Of a stretch of DNA of 64,000 nucleotides, positions 39,623-48,419 are shown piece by piece; within the stretch, counting starts at the first letter, position 1, and every line of letters begins with the position of its first letter. Under the pieces are notes generated by a model. The model ran no database searches, was not told the DNA's origin, and saw only the letters and a program-made list of their open reading frames with translations. The position numbers and the translations under genes were made by a program. The stretch covers positions 672,001-736,000 of the forward strand of contig OY843592.1 in assembly GCA_963692865.2 (NCBI GenBank), read 5' to 3'. This DNA is from a bacterium. Lineage in GTDB: Bacteria > UBA8248.

Positions 39623-40027
39623 TTAAAGCGCGCGCTCCATGAGGCCTCGGATGCTCGCCAGGTCCACGTCGCCCGTCGAGCGGCCCCTCTCCTGCCCGCC
39701 CTTGAAGGCGATGATCGTCGACTGGAAACGAACCTTGTGTTTCTTGAGAAAGTCTCCCGGCGAGTCGAACTGCACCACGAACGCCGTCGCGTTCTCGAAC
39801 TTCTTCTCCTTCATGAGGGACTGAAGCAGCGGAACCTGCTGCCTGCACGTCCCTCACCAGTCCGCGTGAACGGATACGAAAATCGTCTTTCCGTCCTTCT
39901 GCGCCCGAGCGAACGTCTTGGCGTCGTAGGGCTTCCACCGGCCCTCGGCGAGCGCGCCTTGCGGGAGGATGAGGGCGGCGGCGAGCAAAACCAGGGCGAT
40001 GAGGTATCCGGGGCGTCGCATTTGCAT
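39623..40027 (-). CDS. secreted thioredoxin-like selenoprotein (UxxC; in-frame TGA 39854-39856)
   Basis: ATG 40027 with RBS AGAGGAG; MQMRRPGYLIALVLLAAALILPQGALA signal; ...FVSVHADW-U-GTCRQQ...QSTIIAFKGGQE; the track shows only the 63-aa C-terminal part. Confidence 0.9.
39814..39856 (-). promoter_or_regulatory. SECIS-like stem-loop of thioredoxin
   Basis: UGAGGGAC...GUCCCUCA outer stem and AGGCAGC-AGGUUCC-GCUGCUU inner stem-loop. Confidence 0.75.
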
Positions 40028-40097
40028 GGCTCCTCTGATGCTCAGGCGGCTTCAAGAGCTTCGCGCCGGAAGATGATATCACGAATCCGCGAGATTG

Positions 40098-40589
40098 GGG
40101 GTTGTTGAAAAACCCCTCTCCGCCTCATCCTGAGTAGCGGCGGAGCCGCGTATCGAAGGTCAATCGCAACCAATGCGGGAGCGATTGCCCTCTCGCCCGG
40201 CGCGAGGCGCTCGACTTCCCTCGCCCTTCGATACGCCGCCTTCGGCGGCTACTCAGGGTGAGGTAAAGAGGCGTTGGCGGTTTGCGGGGGCCGAACCCTC
40301 ATTCCTCGGGGTTGTTGAAAAAGGCCATGTATCCCCTCGGTCGCCGACGTGATGATCCCGTAGGGACAGGTCTCCGTGTCTGTCCTGCTACGCAAAACGC
40401 GATGGCATTGTAGGGGCCGCATATCATGCGGCCCTGATTTTCGCCTCCACAAGGCGGGCCGCATGATATGCGGCCCCTACAAACAAATTGTCTCTCTCCG
40501 GGTTTTTCAACAGCCCCTCCTCAATCGGGTTCGACGCGACCGGGGAGGGAGCGTTCGCTGCCCTTGACGGGGACTTTTTCAACCACCCC
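40098..40589. mobile_element. outer MITE with GATTG target duplication, containing a family A doublet and a nested MITE
   Basis: GGGGTTGTTGAAAAA / TTTTTCAACCACCCC; GATTG at 40093-40097 and 40590-40594. Confidence 0.8.
40308..40517. mobile_element. nested inner MITE with TCCTC target duplication and REPIN cargo
   Basis: GGGGTTGTTGAAAAA / TTTTTCAACAGCCCC; TCCTC at 40303-40307 and 40518-40522; internal GTAGGGGCCGCATATCATGCGGCCC...GGGCCGCATGATATGCGGCCCCTAC. Confidence 0.85.
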
Positions 40590-40634
40590 GATTGCGGCGG
40601 CTTCGGCGCGCGCCGGCGGAGATTTTCCGGCCCG

Positions 40635-41393
40635 CTAGTGCACGTATTGACCGCCGTTCACGTCGATGGTCGCGCCCGTGACGTAGCCCGAACCGGGGGT
40701 GGAGAAATACCATATCGCGTCGGCGATGTCCTCGGGCTCCCCGCCGAAGCCCACGGGCAGGTTCGCCACTATCTGCGGCACGCGCTCTCCGTGCACGAGG
40801 CGGAACCGCTTGGTGAGCGTCACGCCCGGGGCCACGGCGTTCACCGTGATGCCGTGCGGGGCGAGCTCCACCGCGAGCCTTCTCGTGAATCCCTGCATCG
40901 CGGATTTCGCGGCGCTGTAGACCAGAGACACGTTCGCCAGGGCGTCGCGCGCGGAGATGGAGGAGACGTTCACGATGCGGCCGTAGCCGCGCTCTTTCAT
41001 GGGGGCCGCCGCCGCACGGCTGGCGAGATAGCAGCTCGTGAGGTTCCACTCCACGATCTTCTCCCACTCCGACTCGTCGAGGCCGTCGATGTCCGAGACC
41101 TCCACGAAACCGCCCGCGCAGTTCACGAGAGCGTCGAGACGGCCCCACGTGCCGAGCGTACGGGAGAAAAGAAGGTCGACGTCCTCTTTCCGCGCGGCGT
41201 CGCCCTGGACGTATATTGCGTCGCCGCGCGCGCTCACCTGGGCGAGCGCCGCCGAGCCGCGCCCGGGGTCGCGCCCCATGATGGCCACCTTCGCGCCCTC
41301 GTCCGCGAAGCGCATCGCCGTTGCCAGACCGATGCCGTCGGTCGCGCCGGTGACGATGGCGACGTGGCTCTTGATGGAAGATCGCTCGTGCAC
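40635..41393 (-). CDS. SDR oxidoreductase (FabG-like)
   Basis: TGATDGIG, NCAG, YSAAK, DVNGG; tandem paralog. Confidence 0.9.
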   Translation of the reverse strand: MHERSSIKSHVAIVTGATDGIGLATAMRFADEGAKVAIMGRDPGRGSAALAQVSARGDAIYVQGDAARKEDVDLLFSRTLGTWGRLDALVNCAGGFVEVSDIDGLDESEWEKIVEWNLTSCYLASRAAAAPMKERGYGRIVNVSSISARDALANVSLVYSAAKSAMQGFTRRLAVELAPHGITVNAVAPGVTLTKRFRLVHGERVPQIVANLPVGFGGEPEDIADAIWYFSTPGSGYVTGATIDVNGGQYVH

Positions 41394-41406
41394 GCGAATG
41401 CCCTCT

Positions 41407-42168
41407 CTAGTGGACGTACCTGCCGCCGTTCACGTCGAGCGTCACGCCCGTAACGTAGCGCGCCTCGGGCCTGGCGAGATACCACACGACATCCGCGATA
41501 TCCGCGGCGTCCGCCAGGCGGCCCGCCGGAATCTTCGAGAGTATCTCGGGCAACCTGTCCTTGTGGAGGACGCCCGTCCTCGGGGTGAGCACGACGCCCG
41601 GCGCCACCGTGTTCACCGTGACGCCGTGAGGCGCCGCCTCGACCGCCAGCCGCCTGCAAAAGCCGAACAGGCCCGCCTTGGCCGCGCTGTAGGCGAGACC
41701 CGTCTCGATGACGGCGTCGCGGCCCGACTGGGAGGCGATGTTCACGATGCGGCCGTAACCCGCCTTCTTCATAAAGGGCATGACGGCGCGCGAACACAGG
41801 TAGGCGCTCTTCAGGTTCAGGTCCACGACCCGGCGCCACTGCGCCTCGTCGAGCTCCTCGATGGCGGGGTTCTCCACGAAGCCGCCCGCGCAGTTCACCA
41901 GAATGTCGATGCGGCCCCAGGCGAGGAGCGCCTCCTCCGCGGCCGCCTTGACTTCGTTCGCCGAAGTGGCGTCGGTATCCATGAAGCGGACATCTCCGCC
42001 CCCGTCGCCAATCCGCCGCGCGGTCGCCTCGCCCAGCGCCTCGTCCAGATCCAGCAGCGCGACGCGCGCGCCCTCGTCCGCCAGACGCTCGGCTATCGCC
42101 TCGCCGATGCCCACCGCGCCCGCCGTCACGAGCGCCACGTGCCCTTGAATCGAGGATTTGCCTTCCAT
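41407..42168 (-). CDS. SDR oxidoreductase (FabG-like)
   Basis: TAGAVGIG, NCAG, YSAAK, DVNGG; start MEGKSS after GGAGG. Confidence 0.9.
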   Translation of the reverse strand: MEGKSSIQGHVALVTAGAVGIGEAIAERLADEGARVALLDLDEALGEATARRIGDGGGDVRFMDTDATSANEVKAAAEEALLAWGRIDILVNCAGGFVENPAIEELDEAQWRRVVDLNLKSAYLCSRAVMPFMKKAGYGRIVNIASQSGRDAVIETGLAYSAAKAGLFGFCRRLAVEAAPHGVTVNTVAPGVVLTPRTGVLHKDRLPEILSKIPAGRLADAADIADVVWYLARPEARYVTGVTLDVNGGRYVH

Positions 42169-42227
42169 CTCGCTCACCTCCTCCATGGGGGCCGGATTAT
42201 AGCGCATCGCCCCAACCCTGGCAGCCG

Positions 42228-42824
42228 CTAGGGCGCATGCGCGGTGGCGAAATAGGTGTTGCCGTCAAAATCCCGCCAGCCGGCATCTTGAAAGCCCGCC
42301 GCGCGCAATTCGCTCACGAGTTCTTCCGGCTCGAAGCGCGCTTCAAGAGGCGGACCCACGTCCATGGGCTTTTTGTGCCAGTCGATCAGCGTGATGGCGG
42401 CGCCCCCCTTCATCGCGCGGCGCGATTCGGCGAGCAGGGGCCGGGCGTCGGCCAGCGCATGAAGCACGAACGCGATGAGGGCGAAGTCCGCGCTCGCGTC
42501 CGGAAAGGGAATCCGGGAACCCCGGCTTCGCTTCGTGATCAGTTGGGCGCAGCCGCGCGTTTTCGCGGCCGCCCGGAGTTCGGCGATCATCACGGGAGAG
42601 ATGTCGCACGCGAGTACGCGGCCGTATTTCCCCACGACCCCGCAGGCGGGTATCGCGAAATACCCGGGGCCGCAGCCGATGTCCAGGAAGCTCATGCCGC
42701 GCTCGAGGCCCAAAGCGCGCAGCGTCTTGACGGGCGGCATGGCCCGCCGTCTTCCCCTGGTGAGCAGGAGGTGGCGGTTGCGGACGGGAAGCGACCACCG
42801 CCTCCGTGAGGCCGCCTTGCTCAA
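42228..42824 (-). CDS. class I SAM-dependent methyltransferase
   Basis: FLDIGCGPG, ACDIS, FVLH, IDWHK..MDVGPP; probable TTG start overlapping the upstream stop. Confidence 0.85.
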   Translation of the reverse strand: MSKAASRRRWSLPVRNRHLLLTRGRRRAMPPVKTLRALGLERGMSFLDIGCGPGYFAIPACGVVGKYGRVLACDISPVMIAELRAAAKTRGCAQLITKRSRGSRIPFPDASADFALIAFVLHALADARPLLAESRRAMKGGAAITLIDWHKKPMDVGPPLEARFEPEELVSELRAAGFQDAGWRDFDGNTYFATAHAP

Positions 42825-43912
42825 GCCTCGTCCTCGAGATAGCCGCCGAGCGCCTCGCGGATGAAGTCCTCGGGGTGTCCCTCCCGGATGAGCATGAAAC
42901 CCTCCGCCAGGCACTCGAGCTTCCGGCGCTCCCTGTCGAGGCGCGTCTGTCCCTTGCGGCTGAGCAGCCTCTCGACGTCTTCCATCGAGGCGCCCTCGAG
43001 CGCCCACTTGAGCCCCGTCTTGAGAAGGGGCTCCTGAACCCGTTCGAGGCGCTCCGCAATCGCGCCGCCCTCGTCGCGGTAGGCGAGGCCCGCGAGCTCC
43101 ACGCACAGGCGGATGATGTCGGCCGCCGCCTGGGCCGAGGGAGAAAACCGGACGCCGGGCAGGCGCTCGTAATCCGCCTCGCCCTCGGGCAAAAAGGCGA
43201 CGAGCCTCGCCCGCGCGCGACCCTCGCTCACGCCCTCGAGAACCGCCAGCGCGCCCTCGATGGCGATCTCCTTGTTCCTCTCCATCGCGCCGAGGAAGGA
43301 CTCGATTTGCCGGGCGAGAATCATCTCGGCCTCGTTCCAGGGCGCCTGATCGACCAGCATCCGAAGGCCGGTGGAGAAAATACCGTCCGGAATCCGCTCC
43401 AGGGCCGGTTCGAGGGAGAGTTGTCCGTGCCGCTCCGCCCGCGCCGCCAGGGCGACGATGAGCGACACGGCGTGTTCGGCCTTGCTGTCCGGGGAATGAA
43501 ACGCGGCGAGCGCCGCTTCGAGCGCCCGGTCCGGCGGAGGAATGGCATCGTCGGCGGGACCCTCGAAGGTAATGTCGCCGTGGTTCTTCATGGCGTAGGC
43601 GGTCTCCATCAGCATCTGGCGCGCCTCGACGCTCCGCTCGCTCTCACCGGAACCCGGGCGCCTGATCTCCTCGCGAATGCGGGCCGCGTTCCTGGAGGAG
43701 ACGTTTCTGAGCACCCGCTCGACAACGCGCGCCTCGGCGTCGCGGAGCGCGAGCGCGAGAATTTCCGGGTCCACCCGCTCGATGACGCGCCTGAGCGCGC
43801 GGCCCGACATCTCCGCGAAGGGCGTCAGGTCGGGGTTCTCGCCCGGGGAGAAAAACCGATGCCCCGGGCCTTCCATTCCGCCGTCGATCCAGCCACCGCC
43901 GTCAAGACTCAT
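42821..43912 (-). CDS. FliG C-terminal-domain protein with two MotA-like cytoplasmic repeats
   Basis: ALRRVIERVDPEILALALR...RNVSSRNAARIREEI (FliG_C); LAARAERHGQLSLE...FSTGLRMLVD and LAGLAYRDEG...LLKTGLKWALEG (MotA cytoplasmic loop pattern). Confidence 0.7.
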   Translation of the reverse strand: MSLDGGGWIDGGMEGPGHRFFSPGENPDLTPFAEMSGRALRRVIERVDPEILALALRDAEARVVERVLRNVSSRNAARIREEIRRPGSGESERSVEARQMLMETAYAMKNHGDITFEGPADDAIPPPDRALEAALAAFHSPDSKAEHAVSLIVALAARAERHGQLSLEPALERIPDGIFSTGLRMLVDQAPWNEAEMILARQIESFLGAMERNKEIAIEGALAVLEGVSEGRARARLVAFLPEGEADYERLPGVRFSPSAQAAADIIRLCVELAGLAYRDEGGAIAERLERVQEPLLKTGLKWALEGASMEDVERLLSRKGQTRLDRERRKLECLAEGFMLIREGHPEDFIREALGGYLEDEA

Positions 43913-43991
43913 TTCTCATCTCCTGGGCTTTGGGGAGCGCCGCGCCGGGCGGGCCCGATCGTTCCTGGGGGCCGCCCGCGCATTTTCCGCG

Positions 43992-45635
43992 TCAGTTCTC
44001 CTCGGCCAGCTTGGGCGGCTGCACGGAGCGGTTCACGTAGAACTGCTGGGCGATGGAGAGCAGGTTGTTCACCAGCCAGTAGATCACCAGGCCCACGGGC
44101 ACGGGATAGAAGATGAACATGCCCGTGAAGACGACGGGCATGAACATCATCATCTTCGCCTGGGTGGGGTCGCCCGCGGTGGGCGTCATCTTCTGCTGCA
44201 GGAACATCGAGGCGCCCATGAGTATCGTATACACGTGGTAGGGGTCCTGCACCGAGAGGTCCTGCACCCAGCCGAAAAACGGCGCGTTGCGCAGCTCTAT
44301 CGACACCAGAAGCGCCTCGTACAACCCGAAGAAGACGGGAATCTGTATCAGCATGGGCAGGCAGCCCATCATCGGGTTGACCTTGTGCTCCTTGTACAAG
44401 GCCATGGTCTGCTCGTTCAGCCTGTTCTTGTCGTCCTTGTAGATCTCGCGCAGTTGCGTGATGCGCGGCTGGAGTTTCTGCATCTCCTTCATGTTGCGCA
44501 TGCTGACGTGGGTGAGGGGATAGAAGATGATCTTCACCAGGATGGTCAGCAATATGATCGCCACGCCCCAGTTGCCCACGAACCCGTGGAAAAAGCGCAG
44601 TATCGACATGAGCGGCTTCGCGATGAAGGAGAACATCCCGTAGTCCAGGGAATCCTCGAGGCTGACCTTGAGCCTTTCGAGGTGATCCACCGCCTTCGGC
44701 CCCACGTAGACGTCGAAGGCCGCATCCACGTCCTTCCCCCGCGCGAAGGGGACGATGGCGGCGTATTCGCTCAAGTCGTCCGTCTGGGAGAGCAGGCGGA
44801 TCTCCGCGCCGCCCGCGCCGCCCCGGGGGACGAGCGCCGCGATGAAGTGTTTCGACTGGAGCGAGGTCCACTTGAGGCTCTCGCCGTGGTTGACCGGCTT
44901 CGCTTCCTCGGGATAGTCGTATTCGAGCTCCCCTCCCACGAAGCTCATCGGCCCCTCGATGACGCCGCCGTAGGTGTTGCCGTCGCTGCCTCCCACGCGC
45001 GGGCCCCAGACGATTCCCATCGCCTCATCGCCCGTGGGCCTCGTGACGCGAATCCTCGTCTGGATGTTGAATTCGTTGTGGCGGAAAGTGAGCGCCTTCT
45101 CCGCCGAGAGGCCGTCCGCCCCCCGGTAGACGAAGCGGACCGTTCCTTCGGGCCTGTCTTTCGAGAGCGAGAGGTCGCCGCCCTCGACCTGGTAGGAGGC
45201 CTCGTTGAGCCGCTGCGCGGTCTTTCCGCCCCAGAAGAAAAGGGGCCGCACGTCCGGGCGGCCCGGGGGCACGAGCTGGACGAAGTTCTTCTCGCCCTGT
45301 TTGTACTTGAGAAGGCGCGCGGACAAAAAGCCCGCGCCCCGGTTGGTCAGTTCATACACCGCGTCGCCCACGTCCACCCGGATGCGCCGCCCCGGAGCGG
45401 CCTGCGTGGGCGCGGTAGGGGCGGCGGGCGCGGCAGGCTGTCCGGCGACGGAGGGCGGCGCCTTGAGCGGCGCGCTCGCGGCGCTCGTCCGCTCCTCGTT
45501 CCGGGCCGCCGCCCGCGCCTTGGCCGCCTTCTGTTTCTGGGCCTGCTCGTCCTCCATCGGCTTCACGACGAGGTATTGCCAGCCGATCAGTATCGCCATC
45601 GACAAGACGGCGGCGAGAATCGCGTTTCTTTCCAT
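43992..45635 (-). CDS. yidC: membrane protein insertase YidC
   Basis: GNWGVAIILLTILVK, MQKLQP, VNPMMGCLPMLIQIPVF, GLVIYWLVNN. Confidence 0.96.
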   Translation of the reverse strand: MERNAILAAVLSMAILIGWQYLVVKPMEDEQAQKQKAAKARAAARNEERTSAASAPLKAPPSVAGQPAAPAAPTAPTQAAPGRRIRVDVGDAVYELTNRGAGFLSARLLKYKQGEKNFVQLVPPGRPDVRPLFFWGGKTAQRLNEASYQVEGGDLSLSKDRPEGTVRFVYRGADGLSAEKALTFRHNEFNIQTRIRVTRPTGDEAMGIVWGPRVGGSDGNTYGGVIEGPMSFVGGELEYDYPEEAKPVNHGESLKWTSLQSKHFIAALVPRGGAGGAEIRLLSQTDDLSEYAAIVPFARGKDVDAAFDVYVGPKAVDHLERLKVSLEDSLDYGMFSFIAKPLMSILRFFHGFVGNWGVAIILLTILVKIIFYPLTHVSMRNMKEMQKLQPRITQLREIYKDDKNRLNEQTMALYKEHKVNPMMGCLPMLIQIPVFFGLYEALLVSIELRNAPFFGWVQDLSVQDPYHVYTILMGASMFLQQKMTPTAGDPTQAKMMMFMPVVFTGMFIFYPVPVGLVIYWLVNNLLSIAQQFYVNRSVQPPKLAEEN

Positions 45636-45661
45636 GGTGTAAAGCGCCTCCGCCGGATCCG

Positions 45662-45949
45662 TCAGGGAACCGGGTCGTTTCCCCCTGGGTGAAATGGATG
45701 GCAGCGCCCGATGCGGCGCACGGCGAGCCACAGGGCCCGCGCGGGCGCATGGCGCCGGAACGCTTCGAGCGCGTATTGAGAACAAGAGGGCGAAAATCGG
45801 CAACTGCCCGGCATCACGGGAGACAGGATGAGCTGATACCCCCGAATCAAAACCGTCGCCAGGACGCACACGGCCCGGGAGATGGGGCCAATCTCTGTTC
45901 TAAGGCTCTTTTTTTCCTGGGAAAGTGTCGCGGAACGCCCTTTCAACAT
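45662..45949 (-). CDS. yidD: membrane protein insertion efficiency factor YidD (start uncertain)
   Basis: YQLILSP..PGSCRFSPSCSQY, RIGRCHPFHPGGNDPVP. Confidence 0.92.
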   Translation of the reverse strand: MLKGRSATLSQEKKSLRTEIGPISRAVCVLATVLIRGYQLILSPVMPGSCRFSPSCSQYALEAFRRHAPARALWLAVRRIGRCHPFHPGGNDPVP

Positions 45950-46247
45950 CCTCTAGCCTCGCCTTGGCGATCGGGTTTCTCGCCACGGCCACAAGGTCCA
46001 TCCCCGCAGGGATTCGAGAGCCGGATCGGCGAAACGCTTCGCGGAGAAGCCGCTTGGCGCGATTCCTCTGAACGGCGGCGCCCACGCGCCGCGACGCGAT
46101 GATTCCGAGCCGCGCGCGGTCCCGAGAAGGGTCGGGCAGGATATGCAGCGTGAAATACGGACACCTGCGCTTGCGTCCTTTTCCGAGAACGGCGGCGAAC
46201 TCGCTTCCCTTGCGAATCCGGCGCTCCGGCGGGAAGCTCTCGTCCAC
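45900..46247 (-). CDS. rnpA: ribonuclease P protein component
   Basis: RLGIIASRRVGAAVQRNRAKRLLRE. Confidence 0.93.
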   Translation of the reverse strand: MDESFPPERRIRKGSEFAAVLGKGRKRRCPYFTLHILPDPSRDRARLGIIASRRVGAAVQRNRAKRLLREAFRRSGSRIPAGMDLVAVARNPIAKARLEDVERAFRDTFPGKKEP

Positions 46248-46288
46248 GCCCGCGCCCTCCCAATCGGGTCGGAGGCCCGGCGCGCCGC

Positions 46289-46429
46289 CTAGGCGGAAAC
46301 GCCGAGCCGCTTGCGGCCCTTGGCCCGGCGGCGCCTTATGATCGCGCGTCCGCCGGTGGTCTTCATCCGGCGGCGAAACCCGTGCGTTTTCGTGCGTTTT
46401 CTTCTGTTCGGCTGATAAGTTCGTTTCAT
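46289..46429 (-). CDS. rpmH: 50S ribosomal protein L34
   Basis: [22 protein letters not shown]...[10 protein letters not shown]. Confidence 0.97.
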   Translation of the reverse strand: MKRTYQPNRRKRTKTHGFRRRMKTTGGRAIIRRRRAKGRKRLGVSA

Positions 46430-46678
46430 CAAAGACTCCATCGACGGCCCCGGGGCCGTTCGTTCAACCCGCCATATAGCAACGAAGGGGAGCTTCCCGA
46501 AGAAGCCGAGCGTAAGGTAGCCACCCAAACCCCGATTGTCAAGAACCTCTCGCCGGGGCGCTTCCGAACTCGCCGGACCTGGCCGAGCCGGGGGCTTCTC
46601 GGAGGCCCCTTTGCTTTTCCATCGAAGAAGCCGCGTTACCGCTCAAAAAAGACAAAAAGCGAAGACTTCAAGCCTTTT

Positions 46679-46759
46679 TGTGGAAAAGCGGCTTGCCTTC
46701 GCCGGGCGTTTGTGGAAAAATGCCCGTTCTCTTGCTCTGTTGTACCGCCCTGTGGAAAA
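46679..46759. promoter_or_regulatory. three DnaA boxes upstream of dnaA
   Basis: TGTGGAAAA (= TTTTCCACA) at 46679, 46711 and 46751. Confidence 0.8.
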
Positions 46760-46822
46760 CGCGCCCGTTGAGTGGCCCCGGAAACCCTCTCACCCAACGG
46801 CCCCCGTGGATTGGCTCACAGA

Positions 46823-48184
46823 ATGACGGATCTTTGGCAACGCTGCTCGGAAAAAATCAAACAGGAAGTCTCCCCCCAGACGTTCGATCGTTGGTTCGCG
46901 GGCATCGAGGAACTCGACTCGAGCGAGTCCTCTCTCGCAATCCAGGCGCCCGACCCGTTCACTGCGAACACCTTGCGCTCACGCTACTGGGGAATCGTCG
47001 CCGACATACTCAAACAAGAAGCCGGTCCCGGCGTCGTGCTTAGCCTTTCGGTGAACGATGCGCCGACCAACGGAGCGAGCCCGTCATCCGGGCCGGCCGC
47101 AGCCCCCCCGGCGGAAGGAGTGGAAACGCCCCGGAAGAAGCCCCAGGCCCCTCCCGCGAAACCGGATTTCCTCAACCCCAAGCACCACTTCGAGAATTTC
47201 GTGGTGGGCAACTCCAACCGCTTCGCCCACGCATGCAGCCTCCGCCTGGCGGACGGCAAGGGGGCGGTGCTCTCCCCGCTCTTCATTTACGGCGGCGTCG
47301 GGCTCGGAAAAACCCACCTGATGCACGCCATTGCCCACCACGTTCTCGATCGACAACCGAAGACGCGCATCTTCTACACCTCGTCGGAGAACTTCATCAA
47401 CGAGCTCATCGCCTCGATCAGGCAGAACCAGATGGCCGCCTTCAGAAGCAAATACCGGAAAGTGGACATCCTGATGATAGACGATATCCAGTTCATCGCC
47501 GGGAAGGAGCGCACGCAGGAGGAGTTCTTCTTCACTTTCAACGCCTTGCAGGAAGCGAGAAAACAGATCGTCATCACGGGAGATAAAATGCCCAAGGATA
47601 CGCCGGGGCTGGAGGAGCGCCTCAGATCGCGCTTCGTCTCGGGGATGATAGCGGACATCGGCGCGCCGGATTTCGAGACCAAGGTCGCCATCCTGCAGAA
47701 AAAGGCGGACGAACAAGAGTTCCTTCTCGACAGGGAGGTCGCCCACTACATCGCGGAGAAGGTTCGCTCCAATGTCCGGGAACTCGAGGGCTGCCTCATC
47801 AGGCTCGGCATTCACGCTTCCTTGCACGACATGGAAATCGATCTTCCCGTCGCGCAGGAAGTGCTGCGCGGCATCATTCGCGACCCCTCCCGCAGTTCCT
47901 CGGTGGACAGCATCCAAAAAATCGTCGCCGAACATTTCCAGGTTCGAGTCGGCGACTTGAAATCAAAAAACCGCTCACGCTCTTTCGCCGTCCCCCGCCA
48001 GATCGCCATGTTCCTCGCGCGGAAACTCACGCGCGCCTCGACCACCGAAATCGGCCGGCGCTTCGGCGGCAAGGATCACTCCACGGTGATCCACTCCACC
48101 CAAAAAATCGAGGCCCTGCTCAAAACGGACCAGTCCCTCTCCGCCACCATCCAAGCGCTCGAACAAAAGATAGATCTGCCCTGA
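46823..48184 (+). CDS. dnaA: chromosomal replication initiator DnaA
   Basis: PLFIYGGVGLGKTHL, IDDIQF, RLRSRF, NVRELEG, GGKDHSTVIH; start MTDLW. Confidence 0.98.
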   Translation: MTDLWQRCSEKIKQEVSPQTFDRWFAGIEELDSSESSLAIQAPDPFTANTLRSRYWGIVADILKQEAGPGVVLSLSVNDAPTNGASPSSGPAAAPPAEGVETPRKKPQAPPAKPDFLNPKHHFENFVVGNSNRFAHACSLRLADGKGAVLSPLFIYGGVGLGKTHLMHAIAHHVLDRQPKTRIFYTSSENFINELIASIRQNQMAAFRSKYRKVDILMIDDIQFIAGKERTQEEFFFTFNALQEARKQIVITGDKMPKDTPGLEERLRSRFVSGMIADIGAPDFETKVAILQKKADEQEFLLDREVAHYIAEKVRSNVRELEGCLIRLGIHASLHDMEIDLPVAQEVLRGIIRDPSRSSSVDSIQKIVAEHFQVRVGDLKSKNRSRSFAVPRQIAMFLARKLTRASTTEIGRRFGGKDHSTVIHSTQKIEALLKTDQSLSATIQALEQKIDLP

Positions 48185-48400
48185 AAACACCCGTGGAAAG
48201 AGTTGTGGACAACCACACCGAAACCCCCGTTCTCATCACGCGGAAAGAAAAAACGCCCGGCCCCGCACCTTTTCCCACAGACAATTCCACGCCTTGCCTG
48301 TCGGATAAAAGCTTTCCTTTGAGCGCCTTGCGCGGTTGTCCACAATTCCACCGCCCCTTCTACTACTACCAATTAATGTTATATATGGATATGAGAGAAA
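48185..48400. other. oriC: DnaA boxes, GC cluster, DnaA-trios and AT-rich unwinding element
   Basis: TGTGGACAA 48204; TTGTCCACA 48336-48344 plus adjacent weak box, GCCCC, CTACTACTAC 48360-48369, then AATTAATGTTATATAT. Confidence 0.8.
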
Positions 48401-48419
48401 CAGTATCCGGGGATATCCC

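Noticed and set aside
48336-48419. Extended recF start in the ORF track
   Set aside because: It overlaps the oriC DnaA box and trios; RecF homology begins at LRLAELTLKNFRNY (48420).
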